64,000 bases of DNA. Origin: Phoronis australis (taxonomy: Eukaryota; Animalia; Phoronida). Shown one piece after another: positions 13,672-27,447 of this stretch. The notes beneath the pieces were generated by a model that made no database searches, was not told the origin of the DNA, and saw only the letters and a list, made by a program, of their open reading frames with translations. Numbering within the stretch: position 1 is the first letter of the stretch; each line of letters opens with the position of its first letter. Where the stretch lies: positions 162,559-226,558 of the forward strand of contig NMRA01000195.1 of NCBI GenBank assembly GCA_002633005.1, read 5' to 3'. Position numbers and translations under genes: made by a program.

Positions 13672-14163
13672 ATGGGCGTGCTAAAGAAAGCGTCTCTGTA
13701 TATCGCAGATGCTGTTTGGTCTTTGTTAATATTAAGCACTTTGACTGTGTTCTACTGGCGAGGAACGTGGAAAATTCTCGATTTGTACATCTTACCAGAT
13801 AATTTCGGCAACAGTGCCTGGATATCTTACGCTGTTGGTGAAATCTTGCTATTGGCGTTTTACTTTACCCAGAATATACTCGATCGGAATATTACAAGCA
13901 ACAACAAGTGGATTTACGAGATAGCAGTACGGGTTCACAACTTTGTCCAAGGTTTTGCCATTGTTAATAAGTGGCGAGGAGTATGGTTGCTAATCGACCA
14001 CTACACAGGAGTCACGGCCGTGTCTGCTCTCTCTACAGTCGCCATTGGTATTTTCTGTTTGTGTTTGCTCAGAGCATTCAAAAACGTTTTCGCCAGTCCC
14101 TCCAATATTTCGCTTGACTGCTCAGAGAAGCCTTTTGTTTGCACTACAAGGTTTTCACAAACG
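13672..14163 (+). CDS. fusl: Fuseless-like multi-pass membrane protein, coding exon 1 (alternative in-frame ATG at 13597)
   Basis: Hydrophobic ORF with YWRGTW and KWRGVW motifs. Donor ACG|GTAAGA at 14164, phase 0. Confidence 0.8.
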
Positions 14164-15469
14164 GTAAGATTTATTTTAGAGTCAATTAAGCCTTTGCAAA
14201 CAAAGCATTAATTCAACGTGCCTCCAGGTGGGATACCGAAAAGTGCCGCTAGGTTGTGACATTCGTGAGAGAGATAGTATGTCCTCACACCAGGTTTAAA
14301 AGAGTGGCGAAAACGCTAGCAGTTTCATTGATTAAAGTGCAAGTGAAAACGTTAGCGTTTTAACACGACAGATGAGCTGTCATCAAAGGGGCAATTTCGA
14401 CATCAATTTGTTTCTTTCATCACCACCCAAGTTGGTTTTAAGCGAAAACTAATTTCAGAACGCGTTGACTCTCAGTCATAAATTAATTGATGTGATGTTC
14501 GATCAAAAAGCTCTTATCCCTGCCTGGGAATCAATGCCTCATACATGTATTTGTTCCTAGCCCATGCACATGAGTGTCCTTTGGAGTAATTGGTTTCTGT
14601 GATAATGTGATAAAGAAAACGCTAGTAGTTTTGGGGTAACTCAGACCTAGAGCAAAGCTCCAGCAAAAGTGACCTCAGCCACTGTCCACATTACTGCCGT
14701 TGTTGCTGCTAGCGAGTATTAGCCTGCATGAACAAAAGATAGAACATATTCTACTACCAGTGTTGTTAAATGTAATCCCCAACGCGCCGTACTTTTTGAA
14801 AAGGAAGTGCGATCGGTACGCGCACAAGACATTATTTGGTCGCTCGCGGTCAGCGGTCGAGCCCCTCTGAAATACATGTACATGTACATGGGGTCAGTTT
14901 TGAGACGGTTTCCATGCACGGAGAAAAACCATGCAAAACCACATAAAAACGTATTAACTACCAAGTAGGTCCAATGCTGAGTTACACAGTAGTGCTCCGG
15001 TGCAGTTCAACCAGCCCTGTGGGCATTTGGGCAATGTTAGGCAGGCTCCTTTCCTCAGAGGCCCAGTCCAACATGTGTACGTCAAAATGTGTTTGTAAGC
15101 ACTGTATTGTGGGATTGCCAGCCAATTTTGAAACGTTAGCTCTAAACTAACCGTTTTTACAAATCAACAAGTGATTCCCTGATATGTTTGCTGTATTCGC
15201 AGTATCATGGATGCAAATACCTAAGGAAGCAAGTTTGCAGAGCTGTTGAGCACATGCGTACTTGGATTTGTATCGGGGGCAAACTATGATTTTTCATGAC
15301 CAGCTTCTAAACTTGCTGACTTGTCCGCAATTCTACTATTTTGTCTTGGCATCTAGCAGAACTACAACCGGAACCAGACATGTTTCTTGTATGTAGGTAT
15401 TGGCCTCATAATACGGAATACATAACAACTCAGCAATTGCTATTGAAATATACTACCCTAGATTTTTTA

Positions 15470-16290
15470 ATTGACAAAGATCAAGGCGACTTTGGCTTTA
15501 TCTGTCATATACCTTAGCAAATTTCTGCGCTCATGATCAAGGGTGTGACCCATAAAAGGAATCTCGCTTTCTATGTGACCAGTATTGCCTATTCTACATC
15601 TCTATCATCCTTGGTAAGGCGTGAGTGCCGCTCTGTTTCAATGTAAAGCTTGTGCGTGCATCTTCCTTAAGTAGGGCTTTAACCAGATTTTTCATGTTGT
15701 AGTCCAGTTTTGATAGTACAATGGAATTGATATAAAGTTGAACTAATAATTAGACTTTGACGAAATTCTGAAAAGAAGTAATCTACTCCACTCGATCCGA
15801 ATAACCACACTTCTCCAAAGCAGAAGGTGTGCAGTAGTCATCTTAAGCAATGTTCCCAATTGGGCCTGCCGCTGTCCGCACATTGTATCGGTGAAATATC
15901 GACTTATGCATCTTCTACACTCGCCCCTGGCCTTATCATCTGGCGTGTTTTGTTTGGTCGAAACTCACACTTTCAGAAATTGTTGTGAACACTTTCTACA
16001 TGTATAAAATTGACAATTGGCACAATCCAAATCTCTGAAACATAGCTTAAAATTGGGTTAACCATGCTATCAAAGAGTTTGAAAAGGACTTGTGGTGATC
16101 AGCAATGTAATTTAGAAAAACAAACCTTCATCAAAGTTAATGCTTATCGGGCCTGTACTGTAAGATGAGCGTAGGAGTTTTTGGTTATGGTATTCACTGC
16201 CAAACACTTCGAACAGTTTGACCACTATGGAAAAAAGAATCTGGTGAAGATATTCCACAATTCCGTCGGTCTTCACTGAGGGCTGCAAGA
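15470..16290 (-). mobile_element. Degenerate RTE-X-like LINE 3' fragment inside the fuseless intron
   Basis: Minus-strand motifs LFKLFDSMVNPILSYVSEIW, ESVHNNF, GECRR, THKLYIETER and CNTGHIESE..F (CCHC-finger remnant). Confidence 0.7.
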
Positions 16291-16515
16291 TCGAGAGCAA
16301 CAATGTTATATAATGCGGAATGGCGCTGCAGAATCATAGGTGTCGTGAGGTGTGTATCCCAGGAATACCTTACGGGAGCGCAAATCACCCGAGTCGCCTA
16401 CTCGAGCCAAGCGGGGCAACGACCTACAGTAATGCATAAACGAAACAAAAGACCGTGCACATGCCAGATGATTCTGAGTTCGAAAATTATGTAGTTAGTT
16501 CCTTCGTGACAGGCG

Positions 16516-16830
16516 TGTGTTGTCAGGAGTAGGCTGTTACTGGTTGTTACTAGTTGCATTCGTTTTAACTGATGACTCGAAAAAATTCTTCTTTATGGAA
16601 CATACTGGCGGCGGATCAACCACCATGCTCTGTAAAGTTCTAGGGGTTAGATCATAATTGCAGAACGAGACTTCTACAATGTTCTTGAATTGATAAGAAG
16701 TGTCTCAGTAGTCCAACGCCAGTCTAGACTTCTCTGTTCTGTCTGGGACATTATATGAAACAATGGGAGGAACGTTTTGTTTGAGTAGTCGTGTGTATCT
16801 GCGAGATTAATAAAGTGATTTTATCTTAAT
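16516..16830 (+). mobile_element. Possible LTR fragment
   Basis: Starts TGT and has AATAAA at ~16809. No clean CA end or TSD. Confidence 0.25.
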
Positions 16831-16920
16831 CCCCGGGTTTCAGCGAAAGCTGTATTTGTATAAGCGCTAGCCAGTGATGACCTTCGTTCACTCATCCACG
16901 AGAGGGAACCAGTACACGAA

Positions 16921-17346
16921 TGCATGAAACAGTCCCGGATTGGGACTCAACTAAGTTCCCTAAATTTACTGCGCGTTATTGGACTTCTGGAAACACCGAT
17001 TACCCTTTCTTTTATTGTTCTAGTTTCATTACAAAGTCAACTTTTGACTTTGATACAAATAGAAAGTAAACATTACGTTGAATTGTTAATATTATCGAGA
17101 ATAATTACGGATCTTTTCATGCAACACCCCAAATTTAATGACTGAATTCCTACTTATTTCCATTTTACTCATGTCAAAGTTTTACTGTAATATTATTAGA
17201 AAATGTCATTAATGAAAGAGTAGCTCATTATGAAGATGAAATGATATAAAAAATATTGCATCTGTGCGTCCATACAAACACAAATACGCAAAAAGTCTTA
17301 GGGACCGTAGTTGAGTCCCTATTTGGGACTTTTCATGCAACTGGCC
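16921..17346. mobile_element. MITE with ~50-bp imperfect TIRs (GGCC-terminated type)
   Basis: TGCATGAAACAGTCCCGGATTGGGACTCAACTA...TAGTTGAGTCCCTATTTGGGACTTTTCATGCAACTGGCC. Confidence 0.75.
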
Positions 17347-18626
17347 ACTGACACCCTGATCACTGCTCTTGGTGTAGGTTGGCAAACATTTGTTTTAATG
17401 CTTTAAAATGGCAGAGGGGTTGTCCGTTTAGGTTCGATTATTCTACCGATACCTCAAGTTTTAAATATCCATTTCTGATTCTGATGTTCACTTCCCTGTA
17501 AACTCCCATTACACTGTACTTCTTATATAGCACATCCGTAGCGACATATCCCATAAACCTACTGGTATGATTACTATTTTCATAGTACCAGTTTCCATAC
17601 CTATTTTTCAGAAATTTACACCATTTGCAGGCAGGAGTGCACGGTCGATTCTGGACAAAAAAGACTGGGGATTTGATTTATTGTACATCAAACATTTATT
17701 GTGTGCAGATATTACCGTTGCCCTATTAATCAGTTTTTTATTCCTTGGGAATTTTGTTGACCTTAAGCAAATATAAATATGTACATGTACATCTTGACCA
17801 ACAAGAAAGATAATGATGGGGATGACCTTTCGGATTGTACTGTATATCCTTTATGATTACATGCGAACTTCATTTACGTCGCACTTTCAAGGATGTGCAA
17901 CTATTTCTTGTCTTCTATCTTAAAAAGATCGACATCAGACCGTACTGTGGATTACATTCCCAACTTCCAACAGTTTGGCCTATGACGCACGAACAAAAGA
18001 ATACTGTTGAAAAAACAAATTCAAAACCATGTAGGCCTGCATGCATAAAGTACACCAGTGTAAATGTCGGCATTGATTATGCATACAATTCGAATGTAAA
18101 AGCTCGACGACTGTATTTCCGAACGCATTGGCAATTCCTGGTAGATATTTGTTTGTGTAGTTTGAGTCGGAGGTCGTCCAACGGTCGCCTACTGACTGCC
18201 GACCCATTGGACACAAATTCGCGACCTGTGCTGTGTAAATTATGTCTGGTCCCATTTAGGCCTACAAACGACACACTTTTGTAGAGTAGCATCACCATAC
18301 AGAAATCGTATATCGTGCATGCTAACAGAGTTGCCACGAACTGTTTTGTTGTGAAGTAACCACATTCGACAATCGTATGTGGCCATCCGGTAACATTGAC
18401 AGAAACACACCTACATGTACAGCCTTGTGTCAATAAATAACCACTTGATGCAGATTGGACACCATTTTCCTGGAATTCTGGTTCTAAAATTAGTGCAGTT
18501 CAAAAGATCATTAAATTTCCTGAAGCATAATGGTATCCTGTGTGCAATTGTCTCCCCTGTTTTAGATATTGGAAGGTGAGACGAACAACTTATTTTGGAG
18601 TTGATGCATTTTTTCTCACATTTCAG

Positions 18627-19202
18627 ACAGGAATACTTTGGAGATACATCCTGGACATCTTGCTAACGGTTGCAGTAATCCACACGTTAGTGGTCGTCTA
18701 CTGGAGAGGGGTCTGGACGCTTATGGACCGGTGGCTGCACCCACAAGACACAAGAATTTCCGGCATTGCAAGCCTCGGAACTGGTTATGCCATATTGTCA
18801 GCTGCGCTTGTTCTGCAGCCAGTTGTAAAACAAACCCTTCAGGCTTTAAGGAACCTCGCGCTTCCCCGTGTGCTTGTTGCAGACGTGTTTGGCGTTATTG
18901 TTGCTTTCGGTACAGTGAACGTGTGGAGGGGTGTCTGGTATCTAGCTGATGCCTACATCTACCCCGACAACGTGGAGTTAAGTGTTTGGTTAACTGCGGG
19001 TGTGGGATTTGGAGGTTTACTTCTAGTTCTCGCAAGTGGCACCGTATTGGTCAAAGGATGCTTAATAGACGGCGCGAGTGAGGATATCGAGTCCAATGTT
19101 ATTCCTAACCAATACTTCACGTACTTTTTTAACAAACACGTGGAACGTCCATCACAAAAAAACCTTGATTGCAATCATACTACTGCTATAGGACAAATTT
19201 GA
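18627..19202 (+). CDS. fusl: Fuseless-like protein, coding exon 2 (spliced product ~355 aa)
   Basis: Acceptor TTTCAG|ACA at 18626, phase 0 and in frame with exon 1. Contains YWRGVW and VWRGVW motifs; stop TGA at 19200-19202. Confidence 0.8.
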   Translation, partial: TGILWRYILDILLTVAVIHTLVVVYWRGVWTLMDRWLHPQDTRISGIASLGTGYAILSAALVLQPVVKQTLQALRNLALPRVLVADVFGVIVAFGTVNVWRGVWYLADAYIYPDNVELSVWLTAGVGFGGLLLVLASGTVLVKGCLIDGASEDIESNVIPNQYFTYFFNKHVERPSQKNLDCNHTTAIGQI

Positions 19203-21101
19203 GGCAATGTTATAGCATTTAGTTTTAGAGTGTAGAGTTATGCTGAAGATCTGCCGCCACAATTGTAAACAAGTGCACGTACATTGTATAACTCAATCGT
19301 TTAATCATTCATTGACCCTCCACTACATCCTGCGTGCTGGTACCTGTGTTTAAACATGAACACGACAGACGAATTGTACTATAAACGGACATTATTGTAA
19401 CTGATACAGTTGCTCTGGCTGGTACAGTTTTGAGTCTCTTCACATCGCAAGCCCTACAGATGAGCACAGAAACCTTATACTCTCTTGTATTTTTGACCCT
19501 TTCACTCTCAGTGGAAACCAAGTCAGACTAAGAAAAATAAGGGTAAAAAATGCCAAATCAGCACTTTTCACCCCAAAACCACCACTTCCTTGCCGATGCT
19601 CGACTGAAGCCAATATTAGATTCCTCAAGCAAATTTCTTACCAATTCCAAAAATGTGGTCCAAAAGTACTATCAACCAACTAGTTTTTTTATGCAAATCT
19701 CTCTTGTTTGAGGGCTACCTGAAATCGCGGCCAACTTCTCGGTTGCAACACAGCAATGCACAATTTGCAACAGGGGGCCAACATCTTGAAGAACAGTGCA
19801 AATGCAGCCGAGAAAGTGGCCTTTTTTCATTCCCAGCATGTTCATAAATACAGACAAACCACATTCACAGAGCCTACATGCAGTGCCTACTGACAAATTG
19901 CCTCCAAACTTGGCCTACCCCAAATTTTTAATATTTTGGCAGCGCAAATTGGCCGCGGCAGCAGCTTAACTGTTCAGTGCCACCTTAAGTTTCGATTTGT
20001 CACATGTATGGGATGGTGTTCCGACGTCAATGACGCGCCACCAATTGGCCAGAATAATGATAACGTCACAAGCCACGCAGAAGTCCGTGAGATGGGGATG
20101 CAACGTCACTAATTTTTGCAAGTTTTTATTCCAGTATTGCATTCAAACTTTATCCATATGAAATAGACTCGTTTATGTAATATTTCCGTTGCATATGTAA
20201 ACATGTACAGTATGTGCAGCTTTTGGCACGCGACATTTTCACAAGATTATCTGATACCCAGCTCATCGAACATTAGACCATGGTTCACTGGCGTCCGAAG
20301 TTCAACGCTCTGCCGACGGAGCTCAGTCTCACAAGAAAAATTGCAGAATTGCGGAACGTGAGTCTTGAAAACGCCTGTATAGCATTTTTCTTTACTTTGT
20401 ACACGAACCCACTTTCAAAAGATCATGTTTTGCTTTGAAATTCCCCATTTGTAAGATAGGAGTGTGTTCTGTCCTCTTTTTAATGCAGCGTAAGGTACAG
20501 GTACAGCTGGCACTTTGACACGAGGTGAACCTGTTCTAGTCACCGACTTCGGGATTGACGAGTATACTACATGTACATTCAGTTGCACTCCAATAATGTA
20601 CTTGTAGGAACGAGAAAAAGGGGCACGGTCTCAAAAACACGCTCTGGTGTTCGGCGAATTTAAGTGCCCAGGCCACCGGTCCTCAATTTCAGCGATTACT
20701 TGTCATACAGCGGGAATATTGACGAGTTGTACATGTAATATATTTTTTACCAAGTCTCAATGGGTTTTGTTTTGTTTTGTTGTGTTTATCGGTAAAAGCT
20801 AACGAATTCAAAATGTCTAACCCATCCAAGAATAACCCCAAAAGTACATTTCCAACCGTAATCACGTTGCAAGAGAAAGCACGAGACAATTACGTAAAAG
20901 TGGAAATATTGTGGGCAATGGGTACATTTTGTAGGCGCGTGTCAAACGAGGCAAAAACACATTTTAACTAAGGTTTGCACTTTACAGAATGGAGACGAGT
21001 GGGAAATTTGTTCATAGCACAACATTGGCTACACTGACTGTAGAATCCACCGGACATACATGTATGGCGGCAATTGAGTGAGTACACATATGACATCAGT
21101 C

Positions 21102-21248
21102 AGCTTTCCGTTTAGTAATGCTAGGATCCCGCTATAAAGCAAGGCTTCGCGAGACTATATTGCGGTGTAATTTAAATGAGAGCACGTTTCTTTGGCTAGA
21201 TTTTAGCTATGTCCTAGCGTAGGTTCTAGCGTTGGTGAACGTACGCCA
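21102..21248. mobile_element. Short palindromic MITE; inverted paralogue at 27105-27285
   Basis: CGTTTAGTAATGCTAGGA...TTCTAGCGTTGGTGAACG. Reverse-complement similarity to 27105-27285. Confidence 0.6.
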
Positions 21249-21699
21249 GTTCTCTCACTATAGCGTGATTTTCGGTGGTGCTGAAGCACAGAAACTGAAA
21301 CCGAAAATCGGTATTGAAGTCTGTTAATTTGCGTCGAATGGAAATTATATGAGATTAAAAGTAGCGTTAAAATCATTTTGTAAATAAAAAGAAGCGAAAA
21401 TAATAGCTTTAAACACGATAAGTTGGGCAGGAATAACTGTATGTACTTAGCACTTTCAATTTTTTGTCAACGGCCACTGTTTCCAGGTCCGATCTATCGA
21501 ATCAAAATTCACCAGTAAATGGATATCCATACATGTATAGGCTTATATAACATTCAACTCTCTATAAAGTCTTCTTGCAACAAAACTTACATCAAAGTCT
21601 AGCACGTCCAACTGTGCGTAATTTTTGTAAACTCGACTTGCAAATGATACGTACATGTACTTTGTCCGTTGCGTTCGTTTAAAGGATACACAATCTGAT

Positions 21700-23110
21700 C
21701 ATTAATTTTAGACAACAGGGTCGCAATTTCGACATTTTCTTGGCTTTGCGTAGTATCCTAGAACAGGCGCCACCCTCCAAAAGTAGCAAACTCAGCTTCC
21801 GGTTAGTGTATTGTGACTGTAAATTCTCGCATCTATTTTACTGCCTAGTACAACGAAAAAAATCGGCATTAAAAGGCTGTTCAAAGTCTTCCAATAGTAG
21901 AACATTTGGTATCGTGGGTATTTTGGCAGTGCTACTGGTCATGCAATTGCAAAATTCAAATTTCATTGCCCACTAATTTTGTCGTCTGCTTGCACCATAG
22001 CAGCACATAGTTACTCCGGACATTTTGGGATTCAGCGGTCGCGGATCTAGGATACCATAACGGGGGGCAACACGCTGCCTCCGAGAATTGGGCAATGCAT
22101 CTGCACTGGCTTCCCGAAAGTTCCGGGGCCGGGGATGTGGACCTTTGGTTCGGAAACCCTATCGTTGGGCTAAAAAAAGAACGGGGACACGGATGTGGGA
22201 GTGCTCAGACCCCAGGTCTCGGCGGACGGATCCTAGTTACTGAACTCAATATTTCCCAACACTTCGCGCTGTTGCTGAATAATTTTGCTTGCGGCAGCCT
22301 AGGAGGGCTGGGGGGCGTCCCCCTGTGCCCCCTCCCCTCCCAAGTCTGCCTATGTTCAGGCTTCACCTACTGAAAAATTACCAAAGCGTATGAGTACAAA
22401 AATTCAAGTTCGAAAATCGTCGCCTTCGTACGATTCTGTGTTGCTTTTACCAGACTGATGCTCTTCTCCAACTTCCATGACGAAAACCTGCGTGACACAT
22501 GTAATTTTGTCCTTTGTTTCTAACCTCTAACCTATTTTTTAAGAAATGGGTGTACTGTTCCTACAATGTATCTCATATTACAGTGCGTAGTTTTTGTTTT
22601 GCAATGCATTAATCGTTTTGAATTCATTTAAATGACCTGGCTTCATTTAGTCGAACAGAAATTAAATTCATTGTAACACTATGAAGTTTGCAAAATAGAG
22701 CAGTATCAGGACACTAAGAATCAAGCTTGCTTTCGAAAAGATTTGTGCCGTTGGTGATCTGATTGGCTCAAGCACTTGCGTCGAGAAAATGATAGAGCAA
22801 GTGAGTTATTGTGCACGTGTGCATTGTAGCAACGTTTTGTGTATTTTCATTTGGCCGGTCTGTTGATACAGCAAATTTCCTCATTGATTCCTATGATTTG
22901 ACCGCAACTTGAGCTTGTTGGGCTCTACTACATTGGAGGTTGGCATACATTGTACATGTAGGGACCCACGGGGTGCTTACTCGAAAGGGCTTCGATTTAG
23001 CGGCTATTTGAAATTGTGTAGGTGAAGTAAATAAACAAAGTGGATGATTGTCATCCCAGGGATTTCATCATTAGTACATGTATATTTGTCGGGTGATCAA
23101 GTTTTCCGAT
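21700..23110 (+). repeat. Old interspersed repeat with a nested G/C-tract MITE at ~22034-22356; inverted paralogue at 51720-52436 and 55070-55450
   Basis: Collinear reverse-complement similarity by eye along most of its length. Confidence 0.75.
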
Positions 23111-26100
23111 TCCAGGTATTGTAAGGAAAAAGTGTTTAGCTGAACTGCTAGGTCTGTGGCGTTCTCTATACCTGACCATACTTAAAAAACGAGGTCCTTG
23201 TTTCAACCTGGAGCTGCATAGTAGGTTTTAATTTGTGTAGACATTTCTCTTGGCTGCGAGTTTTTTATAAAATGGGATTGTGTGTAGCAAACTAAGGTAA
23301 ACCCTTAAGACATTACGTGCGGTTCTACTGAAGTGCATGCAAAGTATAAATCTGGACTTCCAAACCGCTTGATTTGAGTTGACATATCACAAAAGAAAGG
23401 TAGGCTCTGTCGTCGTTTTGAAAGGAGACCTGTACATTCGTGACATGCGCCACTTCCAGAATTTTTTCGACATCTCCCATGAGATGATGACAACATCGCA
23501 GCAAAATTTGCTCTAAACTTCGGTTTACTGATATCAAAATTCTGAAAACTTATAATGAGGTGAAACCAATTCTGATCAAATGTCGTAACGTTTACGCAAC
23601 CTCGGCGGAGAACGTTAGATTGAAGAATCTGGGAAAAAGAAACTGACAGGTGACACAATATTTCATTGCGCCGAAAGCCGACGCAAAATATCACACCACA
23701 ATTTTAGCAGCAGAATAACGGTAGAAAATCAATTTTTGCAACGCATTCCCACCCCCGAACTTCCAAATGTAATCTGGGAGAATTTTTAGGGGTGCCATGG
23801 CCCCCTTGCCCCCCTCTAAATCCGCCACTACGAAGAATCGGAAATAAACATCAACCCTGAAGTCACGAGTAGTCGTACAAGTAGACAAACAGTTGACTGG
23901 ATCTCTTCGGTGCCGTTACAATGAATCTAGAATTATTGCGTGCGGTATATATCACGCGTGCGTTCTGATGAACTTCGATTAGGCTCATCCAGTGCCCATG
24001 TAACTCGAATTGACGGTACTTAGGATAAGAAGATTGAAACTAAGAAATGACGACTCAGCAGGGCTACAAACTAGTAGGATTCGGCCAAGCTTGACAGTAT
24101 AAACGTGAACGTGAAAACGCGCTATGGTGAGTTCAAAGAGGCACGTCAATTCGTCTTGTTGACGTGCAGGATAATTTCGAGAGACTGCAATTCAAGGTTT
24201 AAAGTTTAGTTAAATTTAAGAGTTTATTTAATTGTCTTTGTATTATGTAAATAGTTATTCGTGTTCAGGGAGAATGAAAGTTATATTTATGTACCTCATT
24301 ACAAACACCTCCCGTTGAGAGTTTCTTTCTGACAAGAGCGATCTTCAAATGTAGAATCTGGACCAACATATGTAGCCTAGTGTTTGTCCTATTGTGTTAG
24401 TTCACATTCTTTCCGTAAATTATGAAAATGATAGTTTGTTTCCAATGCAGGGCCGGAAGAATTGTGATCCGATATGACTTATTGCACGCCTACGTGCTAT
24501 TCACAGTTATTGCATGTACATGTACATATAATTCAAACGATATTACAATATACATGTACGTATGCCTATAGAACGTGCTCCGAGTCAGTGACCATGTAAT
24601 CGGCATGCCGTAACCGTTGTTTATTTAAATTTTAAAGACATGCTTTGTACTTGGCCTCCGTTGATTAATGTAGGGCCCTGACAACACACGATTCTGAAAG
24701 GTTTGAAAACACAACTTTTTCTTTACGCAGATACGTTTTCTGCACACGCGTACATTCGATGCACGACATGGGCTGACCGAATAAATCAGCCAAAGTCATT
24801 ACTTTTTAAAAATGCCCCGCTCAAAAGTGGACGTTTTCAAAACACCGTGTTGGCTGTATTCGTGTAGAAAAGCGAAATGAACAAATTTGTACACTCTGCT
24901 CAAAGCACTTTTCCGGACATACGGAAACGCCAACGTCTCTGTCTTAAAACGCTGCATGTGTTTGGCATTTCTGATGGAGCGCTCTCATGCTGGAAGTTCT
25001 TTTATCGCCGTTTCAAAAAAATTGTAGGTTTTGTTAAAGCTGAGCACAGAAGAATTATTCTGCGATTTTAGGACTGATACGAAACCAAATCTCGCGTGGT
25101 GACTCATTGGAAGGTGCAGAACTCGGGGANGGGCATACAAGCATGATATTTTTTATTTTGGCGCCATAGTTGCCACGTTTCATTCAGGGTCTCTTACAAC
25201 CTATAAGGTGGCCAGAGCGTGCGGTATAAACATCACCAGGCTCCTTGCTTTTCAGAAAGTGCACCTGGATGTATTTTCTTTCATTTTTTCGACATCCGCT
25301 TTACCAAAAGCGCACAAATGCTGCGTACATACAAATACCTCATCACCACATATTCAAATCTTCCGGTTCAAGTTTGTTTTATTCTATATATTTTTTCAAC
25401 ATGTTCTTGAAAAAAATATTTATTTTTGGAACAATGTCAAGGACCAACTGATTCATATAACTAGCTCAGACTTTAACGACACCGATGCATGGAAACGGAA
25501 TGCGCAAAGCCGCTACGATTGGTTGTAGCCTCAACAGTGGTCATTCCGTGATTGATGTCACGGTCTCAAAGTTCGTGGAAATCACAACCATGTGGTTTCC
25601 AAATTAGAGCCTTCCAAGACCGTCGGTTTAGGGCAGTGAGGAATTTCGCGTCTTTACTGCAAGAGTTAATACTACGAAAATAAAATTCCCGGAGTAAGAG
25701 CTCTTCGGTGCAACAACTCACTCACAATCCCATCATGGGCCCGTGATAGGAGACTCGTGAAGAAGGTTAAAAACACAAAAAGATGCCTTTCGGCGTAAAA
25801 CAAACAAAAACAAGTGTGGGCGAAGACTGTCAAAAATAGCTTCGACGTTTAGAAAATGACTACGTCGTTGTATTGACAGGGAAGCGGCCAATCTAATGCA
25901 ACATGTTAGCGTCACGAGGCAAAAGATCAAATGTAAAGAAAACTTTCACGTTTTGTTATCCAACACTTGTTGCACTGTCCGTAATCCAATCCTCAATATT
26001 ACCGCTTGCCAGTGCCTCCAACTTTAGAATTCGTGGTGTTACACAACCGATGTGAACTCGGTGAACACGGTAAAACTACCTGTAGGTTATTTAATTGACC

Positions 26101-27104
26101 CTTTGCCGAGACGAAAATGCATCGGCACGCAAAGTGCTAACAGCCTGACAACCTATTACGCAACTTCTACTCTAGCCTAAAAATAGCAGCCGATATTAGA
26201 GTCAGCTGGGTGCCGGGTCGCCTTGTGAGTCGGCACTGCGGCCGGCTGCCGGTGGGGTAAAAGTAAGCCAACCGGTCGGCAAATTTCCCGGCCGGTCGTC
26301 TACTCCTAGCCGACTGGTCGGACAAAAAATTGTGATGTGTGCTGTTGTCGAAAACGCAATACATGTATATCTCTTGAAATTGCTTCCCCTGCCTGTCCTG
26401 ACTGGGTGTGCAAACAAACACACAAAAGGCTCGTCGGCCGCATTGTTATCAAGTGTACCTGTAATGGGCAAGTTCTAAAACACCTCGAGAAACATCCTCC
26501 GGCTCACTGATCGCTGACAGGAACAAGTAAGTACAGCAAACTGTTTATTTTAAATCGGTGTGTGTAGGTGCCGCACAGAAGCATAAGTGCTAGTTATCGT
26601 TAAAAACATGTGAATTAATGCAAACACGCATAGTCAAAGTCCTAATGACTTCAAAATGAAGGTGTTAAATTGTTATTTGATTCTTTTTCATGCCTTGTTA
26701 TCGGATAGTTCTACACCCCCCTTGTCCCACAACCCCCTCTATCAACAACCCGCTCGACCCAAAGCCGGTTTCGGTTACTTTCGGCTTCGTTGGGCCTCTA
26801 CAGCTGTACAAACCGGCACATTTAGCTGCAGACGCGTTTCAAATGAACCAAAAACAAGGCCTACATGTATGTAATCGAATAACGAGCGACACACCTTAAT
26901 TTCTGAGAGAAACGTACGGCAGAAGAACCTCTGCAGCTCAAAAAACAGGTCGATACTTATTATTTCACTTATAGCAGAACAAGAATGCCGACGATTGATA
27001 ACAGGAATCACGAACCATGTTTAAGTTTGGCGCATCAAACTTCCTCACAAGTGGCCGGGTAAAGTAATTGGCAGCGAGCTGCCATGCTTGTCTGCATGAG
27101 ACCT

Positions 27105-27285
27105 GGGGTGCGTTCAGTAGGGCGCTAGGACCTATAGGCTAGAGCCTAGCTAAAACCAATGAGTTACACTCCTTGCTAAAACCTAGTATAAGTCACGTGT
27201 TCTAATTTAAAATACAATCAATTTCTCACGTAATCTCGAGAAGTCTTGCTTTTAGCGAGGTTCTAGCGTTACTGAACGGGAGGCT
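27105..27285. mobile_element. Short palindromic MITE (paralogue of 21102-21248)
   Basis: CGTTCAGTAGGGCGCTAGGACC...GGTTCTAGCGTTACTGAACG. Confidence 0.6.
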
Positions 27286-27447
27286 ACTGTGCGGAGTTAA
27301 AGAGTACCGGTACACTATAATTGCATGTTTTCTTCCGGTGTAACAACACAAAATTCGAATTCATTACATCAAGGCATGGACTGTGCAGCACTTAAATAAG
27401 TAGGGGCTATAGCCCCCAGCCTCCTATGCGCCACCCATAAAATACAT

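Noticed and set aside
23960-24020. CTGATGA as a hammerhead core (also ~38295-38328 on the minus strand)
   Set aside because: No properly placed stem II plus GAAA.
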